From positions 1 to 46,385 of the IMG/VR virus record IMGVR_UViG_3300031227_000091: DNA of 46,385 nt. One strand, written 5' to 3'. The notes under the pieces are model-generated. The model was not told the origin of the DNA. It searched no databases and saw only the letters and a list, made by a program, of their open reading frames with translations. Source of the stretch: a virus (taxonomy: Duplodnaviria > Caudoviricetes). A program made the translations under genes and the position numbers. Positions within the stretch are counted from its first letter, which is position 1. Every line of letters begins with the position of its first letter. Of this stretch, positions 34,929 through 45,583 are shown one piece after another.

Positions 34929-36089
34929 ATGAACACACTAGACGCATTTGCAAAAGGTAATGCCAGCCGAGAAAAAGAGCTAATGGTATTTGATTGGAAT
35001 AAAGCTGCGGAGTTAATCAAAGAACGTAAACCGGAAGAAGTACAAGCTGGCTTATCTGGCGATTGGGGGTGTACAGGTGGAACAATCTATGAGAACGGGG
35101 TAATTAATGCAGACGACTATACCTATCTAGCAAGCACTTGGGCTGAACCGGAAATAGATATTGATGGTGATGTTTTTTCTTGCTTCAAGATGCAATCAGA
35201 AGCACCATCATGGGGCAGTTCTACAAAATGGCCAGAAAGTTCATTAAAAATACTTACAGGATAACCACCGGGGTATAAACTAAATAAGGAGCGTTGAGAT
35301 GAAAGAACGGACACCAAAACAAAAAGAGGTCTTATGTTTATTAGCTATGAGAGGGGTGTACATATCCGCTCCATATATTGGCAGTAATGACTATTTTATA
35401 TGTATCGTCGCGAATACCAGAACAGTTAAATTTGAAAAATTAGACGTTCGAGTATTTAAAAGCCTTATGAATAATACCGATATAATAAAATCCCCTGTGC
35501 TTTCCCATCCCTACAAAACGAGATGGGTTATTAACGCCCCTAAAAGAACAAAAATAAATATAAAACTAATTAGCTCGAAAATAAAGGAATTTTACAAAAA
35601 CAGAACAGCAACTTTCAGTATTGAGCGTGCTATAATTAATTTAGCTAACTAACCCACGCCGAGCACTCGGCGAAACAGGAGAAGGGAGCATGAAATATAT
35701 TTATTTTATTAAATATAAATACGGAAACTATCAAGAGCATACAAGAAAAAGGCTTGTAAATTTGGATTTTCAATTAGTTGATGATGATTCTTTAACCTCA
35801 CTTAGGAAGTATCTGTATTTAAACTATTGCGAAGAACACACAGACTTTACATCTATATCTTATCTTGGAACAACTACGGAGATTGTAAATGACCGCTAAA
35901 GACCTGATAGAGAAGTATGAGAAGGAAATCGAACTGATAGACATTCAAATTAAAGACATAAAAAAAGTAAAAGTAAAATGCAGTAACCTTTCGCAATTAG
36001 CAGAAGATTGTCTCCACGATAAAGAGTTACAGAAATACGCATACAACCAATTCATAACCGACCTTAAGCAACTGGAGGCTAAGCAATGA
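34929..36089 (+). other. Four small hypothetical genes (34929-35264, 35299-35652, 35690-35899, 35889-36089)
   Basis: Co-oriented ORFs with RBSs downstream of the 34844 promoter. Confidence 0.7.
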
Positions 36090-36277
36090 GCGACAAACCA
36101 AGCAGTAGATTTATCGTTAGACTAGGAGGCAAGGCAAAACCAATAGTCCGCTGCGGTGAATGTGGATGTATAAAGTCAGGCAAGGCTAAAGCAAGAACTA
36201 AAAAAGCTACCGAAGCAAGCATTAAAAACGGTCAAAAAGGTGGGAGACCAAAAAAGGAGAAGGAAGCTACAACATAA
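36086..36277 (+). CDS. Small basic DNA-binding-like protein
   Basis: CGECG and KNGQKGGRPKK motif. Confidence 0.6.
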   Translation: MSDKPSSRFIVRLGGKAKPIVRCGECGCIKSGKAKARTKKATEASIKNGQKGGRPKKEKEATT

Positions 36278-36342
36278 ACATTAAAAATAGCGTTTGCAAT
36301 CCTGCAACGCTAAAGTATTTTAACTAAAACAGGAGAAGGAAA

Positions 36343-37044
36343 ATGAAAACTCTATTATTAATGATTTTATCAGTCGCGGCAACATGGGGCTTAATGAGTG
36401 GTTATGATTCACTTACGGGAACTCGTGCCAAGTCTGACGACAGATCAGATACTCGAACGCTGAGAAAGCAGTATGACGACCTGGTGTTGAAATGTAACGA
36501 TTTAAACAATACCGCTAAAACACAAGCTAACACCATTAAAAGGCTCAGGGGAAGCCTCAAGGCGGCAATTGGCGCAATCGGAACGAGAGACACCTTGGTT
36601 AACGCAAAAGACGAATCTATTAAGCGATTAAAGACTCAATTAATCAATTCTCAAGAAGAAAATAGCAAAATCAAACTTTCAAAAGTTCTAAAGTGCACTC
36701 ACAAAATAAGCAAGAAAAAGAAAAAGATTGTCCGCAAAAACCCACAGTTTGCAAAGCAAGCGAAGGCAAAAATAGAAAAAGAAAAACAGGTAGCTGAAAA
36801 CAATCAGAAAATAGCAAAGCTAAAACCAAAACTAGAAAAAGCGCAGAAAGCATATGATAGTGCCAAGGTAAGGTATGATAGTGCTAAAGCAAAGTATAAA
36901 AGATTGCGAAACAAAAAGAAAAAAGCAGCGCAGAGCGCAGTAAAAAAGAGGCATAAGATAAAAATGAAGGAATACAAAGATGAAGCTTGGGAAATATCAG
37001 GGGAAATATTAAAACTAGAGTTTCAAAACTCAAGGTCTTATTGA
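36343..37044 (+). CDS. Membrane-anchored or secreted Lys-rich coiled-coil protein
   Basis: N-terminal hydrophobic segment, long heptads. Confidence 0.7.
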   Translation: MKTLLLMILSVAATWGLMSGYDSLTGTRAKSDDRSDTRTLRKQYDDLVLKCNDLNNTAKTQANTIKRLRGSLKAAIGAIGTRDTLVNAKDESIKRLKTQLINSQEENSKIKLSKVLKCTHKISKKKKKIVRKNPQFAKQAKAKIEKEKQVAENNQKIAKLKPKLEKAQKAYDSAKVRYDSAKAKYKRLRNKKKKAAQSAVKKRHKIKMKEYKDEAWEISGEILKLEFQNSRSY

Positions 37045-37068
37045 GCAAAATAACTCTTGTGTTTTCTT

Positions 37069-37093
37069 AGCCCGGTGTAAAAGCCGGGCTTTT
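37069..37093 (+). terminator. Intrinsic terminator between convergent units
   Basis: AGCCCGG/CCGGGCT followed by TTT. Confidence 0.75.
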
Positions 37094-37116
37094 AATAATA
37101 TTCTTGAGTGGTAAAT

Positions 37117-37494
37117 CTATAAGGTACCATAAGATGATGCGATCTTATTGTTTTCCGTTTCGGTTCTTAGTTTAGCCTTGCGTATTTCAATATTGTTAGT
37201 ATACTTGTTTTCAATAAATCTCTTAAGGTCTTTAAAATCATCTTTCATGGTTGATATATCTTTACCTTGCAACGCTAATGTTTTATCCATTTTGTGTAAT
37301 GTTGTATTTATCTTTTTAAGGTCTTCTACATCTTTTTGGAGCTGGATTATTTTAGTCTTATTCGTTTCCTGGTCTTTGTCGTTATTAATTAAAGTAACTA
37401 TAGCCCAAGTAACAACACCCAATATGCAGCCAGCCCCGACTATGGTTAAAACTTGCTCTATAACTTTCTTGCTTGTCATTATTCTTTCCACCAT
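37117..37494 (-). CDS. Holin-like single-TM coiled-coil protein
   Basis: One TM then coiled coil; last late gene. Confidence 0.55.
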   Translation of the reverse strand: MVERIMTSKKVIEQVLTIVGAGCILGVVTWAIVTLINNDKDQETNKTKIIQLQKDVEDLKKINTTLHKMDKTLALQGKDISTMKDDFKDLKRFIENKYTNNIEIRKAKLRTETENNKIASSYGTL

Positions 37495-37913
37495 TTAAAA
37501 CCTAAATCACTATTACAATATTTAGCGAAACGCCAGCCTCTAAATTCTACTATATATCTGCGAGGGTCTAAAAGCCCATAATTGTACTTTGCCATCTTTG
37601 TAGAATTAATATTAAATCTTTTATTGCTTGCCCTGAAATCTCGGTAGTCTTTATTTTTAGGAATCTTTATATCGTTTTTAGTTTTTAATTCCCGTTCATA
37701 CCATTCTACGTCGTGGATAAGAGCTACAGCCATTAGCGACGGGTGAAGCTTGCTAATTGCAATCCTTAACCACCTAGGGAAGCCGTCAGAGCCTATCCCG
37801 TTGAATATTTTAGTTAGCTCTTTGTCTGTATACTTTTTTAATATCTCACGGTTTTCGAGTTTTGCAAGGTTTGCTTGCCTTCTCCATTGTGCAATCTGAA
37901 TTTCAGTATACAT
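37479..37913 (-). CDS. HD-motif protein (DUF1353-like) in lysis cassette
   Basis: NGIGSDGFP...ALIHDVEWY...NKRF. Confidence 0.55.
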   Translation of the reverse strand: MYTEIQIAQWRRQANLAKLENREILKKYTDKELTKIFNGIGSDGFPRWLRIAISKLHPSLMAVALIHDVEWYERELKTKNDIKIPKNKDYRDFRASNKRFNINSTKMAKYNYGLLDPRRYIVEFRGWRFAKYCNSDLGFKWWKE

Positions 37914-37925
37914 AAATTGTTACTC

Positions 37926-38165
37926 CTATGGTATTGCCTTTGCGGCTGTATTTGCGGCGGTGTCGGCTAACTCATTTAAGCCTAGTAAAACATCCTTAGT
38001 TGTGCTATCTGTTGATATAGCTTTAATGCTTCCGTCTTCGTAATAACTAATAGTCATAGTTCTTAGTATGCCGTAACTATCTACAGAGCCGTCTTTATTG
38101 TATCTAATACCAGCACACCCTGTCAATAACACCATTAATACTGTTAATAAGATTAGCTTGCTCAT
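37926..38165 (-). CDS. Small lipoprotein (possible spanin component)
   Basis: Signal peptide with LTGC lipobox. Confidence 0.7.
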   Translation of the reverse strand: MSKLILLTVLMVLLTGCAGIRYNKDGSVDSYGILRTMTISYYEDGSIKAISTDSTTKDVLLGLNELADTAANTAAKAIP

Positions 38166-38174
38166 GTTGCTCCT

Positions 38175-39638
38175 TTAGTAATTTATTTTAACGTATTCAA
38201 TTACAGCCGTCCAGCGGGTTGCGGTTGCATTTGCTGGCGTTACTGTTATTTTTAGAGCTTCGTTTGTGTCGTCTGCGGTAATAGCCCAAGCCGCTGCCCC
38301 CACGTTTGTATCAGCATCCCAAACCAAGATAGTCTGCAATGTTTGTGATAATGCAGTAGTAGTGCCTTGGCGGTTTATCTTAACTTGATATACGGCATCA
38401 CCTATAGAACCGTCTGCCTGCGCTCCCATTACTGTTACCTTGCAAGTATAAGCATCATTGTCATCAAGGGTGAATTGGTCGTCTGTTCCATCTAAAAATA
38501 ATTCCACTTCATCGGTTGCGGCTGTTGCTATACGCGCTTGGACTTTTCCATCTTGACAATCACCTTCGGCGGCAAAACGCCCAGAGGCGTGTGCGTGTTC
38601 ACCATAATGGCTTGCTATAGAATAGATACCTCCACTATGTGAGTATTCACCAGATGATGTAGTAGCGGAACCCTCCGCATGCGAACTACTGCCACTTGCG
38701 GTAGTATTATCGCCTTCGGTGTTAGAATTAGCTCCACTTGCAATAGTAGTATTACCAATGGCGTGTGAATTATCACCAGATGCTATAGTTTGACTTCCAC
38801 ATGTGAAAGATTTGTCGCCAAGAGCACCATAACCAGAGCCACCCAATGAAAATTCTAAACTTACGCCACTTGTTCCAAGAGTATCACGCCCAACACTGCT
38901 ATTATCAAGCCCAAATCCATTCCCATCAACTAAAAGACTTCCACCTGTTCCAATAGCATTTATTTGACCCTGTATTCCCGACGTAACACCTTTTACATAG
39001 GATAATTCTGTTAGTGACGGATAAGTAGCGACCGCTAATGAAACTAAATTTTTAGAACCATCTGTCGATACTAATTCAGAAGCGGTTGCATAGTCAAAGT
39101 TTGCACTTGTCGTAAATGTTGGAGCCGTAAACATTGTTGCTTTTGATTCATTGGTAACGTTATTTAGCGATAAATCTGTTTTTGTTTCTGCAATAGTTCT
39201 AACAGCGTAAGTATCTTCTGCGGTTAATTTAATAAAAGAATCCGAAACATAAGTTAATCCAGAAATACTTGTTAACGAAGCATCTACAACTTGATAAGCA
39301 CTAGCCGCAGTATAAGCCGCAGTCCCCAATGTTCCACCAGTTCCAATATTCAACGTAGAGCTATCTGTGCCACTCAAAGTTAAACTGTTTGTCAAGGTAA
39401 AGGTTTTGGCGGTTGTGATAACTAAACCATGAACGCCTGTAATTAATGCCGCATGTGTGGACACGGCTCCAGAAACTTCATAAGCAGAACTAGCCGTATA
39501 CGCCGCCGTGCCAAGAGTTCCGCCAGTGCCAATATTCAACGTTGAGCTATCCGTGCCGCTTAATGTCAGCGTATTGTTAACCGTGAAAGTTTTGCCCGAG
39601 GCTAAAACCACGTCTAGTTTATATCCGTCCAAACTCAT
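38175..39638 (-). CDS. Tail fibre/adhesin with duplicated motif and YadA-head-like repeats
   Basis: KTFTxxNxLTLSGTDSSTLNIGTGGTLGTAAYTA twice; ASGxxSHAEG-type repeats. Confidence 0.8.
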   Translation of the reverse strand: MSLDGYKLDVVLASGKTFTVNNTLTLSGTDSSTLNIGTGGTLGTAAYTASSAYEVSGAVSTHAALITGVHGLVITTAKTFTLTNSLTLSGTDSSTLNIGTGGTLGTAAYTAASAYQVVDASLTSISGLTYVSDSFIKLTAEDTYAVRTIAETKTDLSLNNVTNESKATMFTAPTFTTSANFDYATASELVSTDGSKNLVSLAVATYPSLTELSYVKGVTSGIQGQINAIGTGGSLLVDGNGFGLDNSSVGRDTLGTSGVSLEFSLGGSGYGALGDKSFTCGSQTIASGDNSHAIGNTTIASGANSNTEGDNTTASGSSSHAEGSATTSSGEYSHSGGIYSIASHYGEHAHASGRFAAEGDCQDGKVQARIATAATDEVELFLDGTDDQFTLDDNDAYTCKVTVMGAQADGSIGDAVYQVKINRQGTTTALSQTLQTILVWDADTNVGAAAWAITADDTNEALKITVTPANATATRWTAVIEYVKINY

Positions 39639-40105
39639 TATAATATCTCCTGTTTGATTGCTGTTATTTCATCAAGTGTAAAGCTTGCCATAGACTGTAT
39701 GGTTATAGGGTCGGTTAAATCAACCGTGCCACCTGCTCCGCTTAAATGTGTCATTACTTCTACATTGGACATTATCGCATTGAGTTTGTCGGCTAAAACG
39801 GTATCTGAATTTCTTGCATCAATAGCTTTACAAGCAAAAAGAATATCACGGACATTGAAAGAAGTAACAAACGATTTTTTGTAATCAATTAATGCTTGTT
39901 TCTCGTCTGCGGTCTTTTCTCTAACCGTAGTTCCGGCGAGTATCGGGTCATTTGGAACGCTTGAAGCGAGTTTATATCCTCGTACCGTGTAACCGTCTGC
40001 GGTTAAGGCTTCAACTTGTGCTCTAGTCGGCGAAATAAGTTTTCTGTAAACCTGCTCAACTCCAACGCCCTTAAACGCTATCTGATAATATTTTACTTTT
40101 TCCAT
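39638..40105 (-). CDS. Putative fibre chaperone/assembly protein
   Basis: Position between LamG and fibre genes. Confidence 0.5.
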   Translation of the reverse strand: MEKVKYYQIAFKGVGVEQVYRKLISPTRAQVEALTADGYTVRGYKLASSVPNDPILAGTTVREKTADEKQALIDYKKSFVTSFNVRDILFACKAIDARNSDTVLADKLNAIMSNVEVMTHLSGAGGTVDLTDPITIQSMASFTLDEITAIKQEIL

Positions 40106-40107
40106 TG

Positions 40108-40788
40108 TTAAGCCCTCATTGATTTTAAATAGTTTTGCATTATTTCACCGACTAATAATTCTCTTTCATATATTTGAATGTCGTCAATAGTAACATTGGC
40201 ATACTCCATAGGGGCGGTATTTAATCTCGCGCCGAAGCCAAGGTAATTAATGTCGGTATAGGAAACAACACCGCTTCCCGTTTCGGTATCTTTCAAAACT
40301 CCGTCAAGATATATTTTTCCTGTTTTTGTGGTATTGTTAAAAGTCCCGGTAATGTGATACCAATTTCCAGAAGTCATGTCCGCCGAGGAAATCTTTAAGG
40401 ATTCCCATGTAATAACGTTCGTAATCCTAAATTCAACATCGCCGCTGTAGCTCCTGTAGTTGAACATCCAACCGGATTGAGTAGAGCTATAATTAGAGAA
40501 GTCTATAATCCTGCTCCACGAAGAGCCTGACGTATTGTGTTTTAACCAAAACGACACCGAAAAATCGCCACTAATTTTAAAATCGGTTGCATCTATACTG
40601 CCATAAGAGTTTGGCACAAGTACAATTCCTGTGTTATTCACATTGGCGGTGCTGTAAAGCGTTGCATCGTTGCCGTTGCCGCTATAATCTTTCCATGTAC
40701 CCAAAGCAGATACAGAACCAGTGTTCGCGTAATCCCACCAGCCGACTAAGCCCGCTTTGTTTACTGGATGATGATTAGGTCTTAGCAT
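40108..40788 (-). CDS. LamG/concanavalin A-like lectin protein
   Basis: GLVGWW, WKDYSGNGN, FSVSFW, WYHITGT, IYLDG, IDDIQIY. Confidence 0.9.
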   Translation of the reverse strand: MLRPNHHPVNKAGLVGWWDYANTGSVSALGTWKDYSGNGNDATLYSTANVNNTGIVLVPNSYGSIDATDFKISGDFSVSFWLKHNTSGSSWSRIIDFSNYSSTQSGWMFNYRSYSGDVEFRITNVITWESLKISSADMTSGNWYHITGTFNNTTKTGKIYLDGVLKDTETGSGVVSYTDINYLGFGARLNTAPMEYANVTIDDIQIYERELLVGEIMQNYLKSMRA

Positions 40789-43700
40789 TATACCACGTCA
40801 ACTTGACAATTTTGATAGCCTATGTCGTTAGCCCATGTTGAAGTACTATCAACATATAAAGTCATTTGGAATGTATCGCCTACCGCTAGACCCATTGTAG
40901 CAAGTGCGATTTCGCCAGATTCAAATACTAAAGGAAATTCACCGCTTCCGGGTGATGTGTCTGTGCCGATTGCAAAAGTAGTAACAGCACTCCAATCAAC
41001 TCCGTCTGTAGTGTTCTTCGCTTCGCCTTTCCATATAATAGTAGAACCATCCCATGCATTAGTCGCTTCTGGAGCGTAAGCAATCTTGAATACAAAGCTT
41101 GTAACTCCTGTTGGAATAGTTGGAATTTTAATAAACTGCATTTGCTCATTACTAGAAGTTGAAACCATAACCGTATAACAGCCGTAATTGTCTACATCGG
41201 GAAGTATATTGGCACTATTTGAGGCATTTGTAAACGGATTTGTCATAGTCGATAATGGATAATTAAATGCACTCGCTGGCATACTTAGTATTGTGTTTAT
41301 TAATCCACCACCAGTACCGCCGCTTGACACGCTCCCTAAGTCAATTACTGTCCAGTTGTTAGAGCCGAGGTAGAGAAGCGAAAAGCCGTCTAAGTTATCA
41401 AGCGTAATGTTTCCAGCTGTACCGTCGAGCGTGCCGCCGTTTAAATCAAGAGTTGCGGCAAAAGTAGTCGAGTTAATTACCTTAACCCCCACCTCATCAC
41501 CAAAAGCATAAGTCCCGTCTAAAACAATAGAGAATGCAGAAGCCGTCATGTCCACAACGTAACCAGTACTTGCCACTGCGGTTGTTCCTGTTGTAATTAC
41601 AGCAGAACCCCAATCTAATCCACCACCGCCACCGCCTATATCTTCCCAAACCGCACCTGTGTATCTGCGCCATTGGGGATTGCCGCTATCTGAATTAGTA
41701 CCATCATCTAAATAAATGTCTTTAGTTGCTGGTGCGCTTGGCTCTACGCTTCTTGCGGTTGCGTTAATTATACCAGTTGTCGCAATATCAGGGAATGTTT
41801 GTTTTCCTACGTCGGTAACTGTGATTAGTGAATTTTGAATTAGTTTACCAGTAGTACCATCAAAGCGTACTATTGCGTTATCGGTAGAGCTTGCCGCTCC
41901 GACTACTAAATCAAGTAAAACCCGAGCCTCCGCAAGTGTTTTAGGGTCATATACCCCAGTTGTGTTATTCCAATACAAAGAATCGCTGTTATTATTGCCA
42001 TCCGTTACATTAGTTCCACCGCCTCCAGAAGCACTCCCTCCACCCGTTGTGCCTCTGAGGTCTTGATAATATTCCCCGTCATCAAATTGTTCTAATGTAT
42101 AAGCCGCACCAGTCCTATCAACAATAATTCTTGCGACTGGAACAAATACATTTTTTAAAAACGCATCTGATGGTTGATAAATTGCTTGATTTTTCTTATC
42201 TTCAAAAGCTTTATTAAAGTCTCCGTATTGTTCGGTTGTTCCAGTTTGAACAAGTGCCATTATTCTTGTAGTGTCATCCTCCATTACTCCTAAAATAACG
42301 TTGAACGACTTGCCGTCTGCTATTGCAACTCCATCTGAATACTCACCACTAAAAGAAAAGTCTGTTCCTTCAACATAAGTTCCATCACTTTTTATATAAT
42401 AAAGTCCATCTATAGATACTTGTCTTTCCAGCGATGATACCATTTCAAAAATTAATTCATAAGAGCCAACCCCGATTGTTACATCTATTGTTGTGGCAGT
42501 AATTCCTAACCCTGAATTATATCTTGCCCCCTCAATGAAAAATCTATGATAAACGTTCTCTGCAATTTTATACATTTGCACGGGAGACTCTGCTTTACCA
42601 TATATATTAATAGAACTTGCTGAAACCGTACCTGCTTTATAGGTCGACGCATGGGAGTGGATAACTACACCCTCTGGGTCTATATTTGCGGCTATTAATT
42701 CTAAAACATCACTTCCATTGTTTTTTAAATAAACATAAACAGTCTTTGGTGAAGCGTCAGTTCCAGCCTTAGAAGTCGCGTCCACTGATAATGTAGAGCC
42801 GGGGCTTTCAATAGCTAAACCATCTAATACCGCACTCAAAATACCTTCTCCACTACTATCAGTAGCAGTTATAGTCCAAACTCCTCCCGATACAGATTGC
42901 GATATGATATAAGGTAAAATGCCCGCTTCTTCTGCATAATCCTTATGAAGTTTTAAAAGTCTTCGTATTGTGATGTATTCACCATCAGCATTAGTAACAT
43001 GTACATCCTCAAAGGTTTTAGAAGCACTTCCTATTGATTGTGTTGTATCCGTGTCTGGTATAATATCACCGTCATCATTAATTGTTAGTTCCGAACTTTG
43101 AACACCTTTTGCACCACCATCACCTCTGACAATGGAGTTATCTGTAATATTACCTGACGCAAGTAAATAAAATGTATCAAAATAAGTTTTTAATGTTGCT
43201 TTGAGATTCGCCCAAGTCAGCTTTTTAGGAGCAAAAGAAGCGGCACTATCATTTATGGCTATTAAGTCCGCATCAACCGGGGTAGTTTTCCCAGTAAAAG
43301 CAGTCCATAACTTAAGTAAAAAAACGGCTGCTAATGCAGTGGTTAGGTAGGTTGTTATCTTAGTAAATGTTAAAGTTATAAGACTGCCGGAATCCTCGGA
43401 ATCGTTGGCGGCAATAGTGTCAGCTCCAACAATAGCCGCCTTTGTGCCAAGTATAGAAAAATCTTTGTTTACGAATCTGGCATCTTGTTCGGCTTTTGTA
43501 TAAACATCAACGCCGGATAATTCAAGTACATCTTCACCGCTTGTTAAAAGTCTATTTGTGCAAGTATAGTTAAGCTTTGCTTTCATAAAAAACAAGGCTG
43601 TTGAAGGCTCGAAAAATTGAACTTCTGCAAATCCGTCTTTTTTGCTTGATCCGCCAAGTCTATTATAGAAATTAACTGTATTTGAGTTTAAGAAAAAGGA

Positions 43701-44285
43701 TACTTCACCATCGGTTATATCTGGATTACGCAACGTTACACCATCATCATCAAGCCAAGAATTAGTTAAGTTAAATACATCACTTGAGGCTTCAATAAAT
43801 AAAGGGGTTGCGCTTGCGTTTATGTATAGTACTTGTATATAGTCGTCGTCTTTTGTCGTCGGGTCTGTGTCGTCTGATAATCTAACTACTATTTCAGTAC
43901 TTAAGTCTATGTAACCCCATTCGCCAGCCGCTAAAGCCCCTACCGTCCCCTCGCTTGCATCTACGCCGTTAAATTCTACGGTGTCAGGCTTTGTTGATAA
44001 AATCTTTTTGTATTCCGCTCCGCCCGACAAACTCCAGCCAGTAGATCCCAAAGGAATTAAAACACCTGCGTTTAAATAGTCTACATCGACAAGAAACCTT
44101 GCAGTCGTCCCGGATAAAAACTCCGTATAATCGGCTAATGGAAGTGTTTTGTTTTTGACAAACTGAACATTTATAGTGTCTTTTTGTCCAAGTGTTGACT
44201 GTGGTCTGCTTCTTTCGTCTGCGGAAAACGCACCGTCTGAATCTATAAGCTTATTATCTTCTACGCTAAAAAAGTATTTTTTCAT
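40788..44285 (-). CDS. Long tail fibre protein
   Basis: GKTTPVDAD...KKLTWANLK and STDNAIVRFDGTTGKLIQNS fibre motifs, Gly linkers. Confidence 0.8.
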   Translation of the reverse strand: MKKYFFSVEDNKLIDSDGAFSADERSRPQSTLGQKDTINVQFVKNKTLPLADYTEFLSGTTARFLVDVDYLNAGVLIPLGSTGWSLSGGAEYKKILSTKPDTVEFNGVDASEGTVGALAAGEWGYIDLSTEIVVRLSDDTDPTTKDDDYIQVLYINASATPLFIEASSDVFNLTNSWLDDDGVTLRNPDITDGEVSFFLNSNTVNFYNRLGGSSKKDGFAEVQFFEPSTALFFMKAKLNYTCTNRLLTSGEDVLELSGVDVYTKAEQDARFVNKDFSILGTKAAIVGADTIAANDSEDSGSLITLTFTKITTYLTTALAAVFLLKLWTAFTGKTTPVDADLIAINDSAASFAPKKLTWANLKATLKTYFDTFYLLASGNITDNSIVRGDGGAKGVQSSELTINDDGDIIPDTDTTQSIGSASKTFEDVHVTNADGEYITIRRLLKLHKDYAEEAGILPYIISQSVSGGVWTITATDSSGEGILSAVLDGLAIESPGSTLSVDATSKAGTDASPKTVYVYLKNNGSDVLELIAANIDPEGVVIHSHASTYKAGTVSASSINIYGKAESPVQMYKIAENVYHRFFIEGARYNSGLGITATTIDVTIGVGSYELIFEMVSSLERQVSIDGLYYIKSDGTYVEGTDFSFSGEYSDGVAIADGKSFNVILGVMEDDTTRIMALVQTGTTEQYGDFNKAFEDKKNQAIYQPSDAFLKNVFVPVARIIVDRTGAAYTLEQFDDGEYYQDLRGTTGGGSASGGGGTNVTDGNNNSDSLYWNNTTGVYDPKTLAEARVLLDLVVGAASSTDNAIVRFDGTTGKLIQNSLITVTDVGKQTFPDIATTGIINATARSVEPSAPATKDIYLDDGTNSDSGNPQWRRYTGAVWEDIGGGGGGLDWGSAVITTGTTAVASTGYVVDMTASAFSIVLDGTYAFGDEVGVKVINSTTFAATLDLNGGTLDGTAGNITLDNLDGFSLLYLGSNNWTVIDLGSVSSGGTGGGLINTILSMPASAFNYPLSTMTNPFTNASNSANILPDVDNYGCYTVMVSTSSNEQMQFIKIPTIPTGVTSFVFKIAYAPEATNAWDGSTIIWKGEAKNTTDGVDWSAVTTFAIGTDTSPGSGEFPLVFESGEIALATMGLAVGDTFQMTLYVDSTSTWANDIGYQNCQVDVV

Positions 44286-44301
44286 ATTATAGCCTATGTG
44301 T

Positions 44302-44343
44302 AAAAAACGTTCTAACTATATTTTTATGGATATAGCCAGAACG
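44302..44343 (-). terminator. Intrinsic terminator after the signal-peptide fibre-like gene
   Basis: CGTTCTGGCTATAT/ATATAGTTAGAACG 14-bp stem plus U6. Confidence 0.75.
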
Positions 44344-44380
44344 CACGATAACTATTAGATGGCTCAGACTATTATCAAGC

Positions 44381-45532
44381 CTAATCAGATGCGGTGGTAG
44401 TTACTAATTCCCAGTCTGCATCGGCGGTTGCGTTGGCAACTTTAAAATAAATCTTGCCAGCAGATGAATTATACTGTGATCCAGTTGCCGCAGCATCGCC
44501 ACCATCGGCACGAACTGCCGAACGTGTATTTGCAGCACCAGTAATCAACACGGTTGCATTTGAAAACATAATTTCATTAGTATTTGTCTGATTTTCCATA
44601 TAAATACCATTGGTGGAAGTTCCACCGGATAACGAAATACCATTAGTCAGATCGCCATATACGACAATACCATGTTTGACAACCGCTGTAGTACTAGCAT
44701 GATTATGGAATGTAGCTAAAACATGTTCGCCACCACTGATTGGAGCCGACAACGCTTTAAGATATACAGCTAATCCGGCATTTTCTCCACCGTCATGTAC
44801 AACTGTTGCATCTACATCATAATTTTTTATAGCAATCGCATTAGTTCCAGAATATGTATCACCAGCGACATTTATTTGCTGAATCAAATGCAACGGAGAA
44901 GCCCCGCCAGCAATAGTTGAGCTTACGCTAAGTTTTCCGTCTGCCGTAATTGCCCCGAGAGTAGCAATATCACGAAGTGCATCTACAACAATAGTTTTAC
45001 TTGCTGTAACTGTACCAGCAGTAACGCCAGCATTTGTATTGAGTTCTGCAGCTGTGGCTGTTATGGCTGTTCCTGCACCTGCGCCAAGAAACAATCCGCT
45101 GTCTGCTATAACAATAGTGTCAACGTTTTTATTAGCTCCAAGCGAAAGCACTTTGCTTGCAACCGCTGTACCAGCAATAGATCCATCAATAAGATTGATT
45201 TCGTCATAAGTTGCTGTTACGCCGTCAAGTATATTTAGCTCTGCCCCGGTAGACGTCATTGATATAGCGCCAATAGTAAACGGGGTTGGAACTGTTACGG
45301 TTCCGGTAAACGTAGGATTTGCCAAAGGTGCGGCTAATGAAGCCTGTGATTTAATAGTAGTTGCAGCGGTTCCAGTAATGTACAACTGCGAGCAATCCAC
45401 ATACTGAGCGCATTGCTTAGTAATAGTATTAAAACGCATTTCTTGGGTACTAGTTCCTGCCATTGTTAAATTTAAAACTACGATACCAGCGAATGCCAAT
45501 ACGGCGAGAGACAATAAACTGTGTTTTCTCAT
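44381..45532 (-). CDS. Fibre-like protein with N-terminal signal peptide
   Basis: MRKHSLLSLAVLAFAGIVVLNLTMA; APLANPTFTG and TATAAELN fibre motifs. Confidence 0.75.
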   Translation of the reverse strand: MRKHSLLSLAVLAFAGIVVLNLTMAGTSTQEMRFNTITKQCAQYVDCSQLYITGTAATTIKSQASLAAPLANPTFTGTVTVPTPFTIGAISMTSTGAELNILDGVTATYDEINLIDGSIAGTAVASKVLSLGANKNVDTIVIADSGLFLGAGAGTAITATAAELNTNAGVTAGTVTASKTIVVDALRDIATLGAITADGKLSVSSTIAGGASPLHLIQQINVAGDTYSGTNAIAIKNYDVDATVVHDGGENAGLAVYLKALSAPISGGEHVLATFHNHASTTAVVKHGIVVYGDLTNGISLSGGTSTNGIYMENQTNTNEIMFSNATVLITGAANTRSAVRADGGDAAATGSQYNSSAGKIYFKVANATADADWELVTTTASD

Positions 45533-45583
45533 TTGTAAAACTCCTTTTTGTTAGGTTTATCTTTGATACGGGTGTTTTTACTT

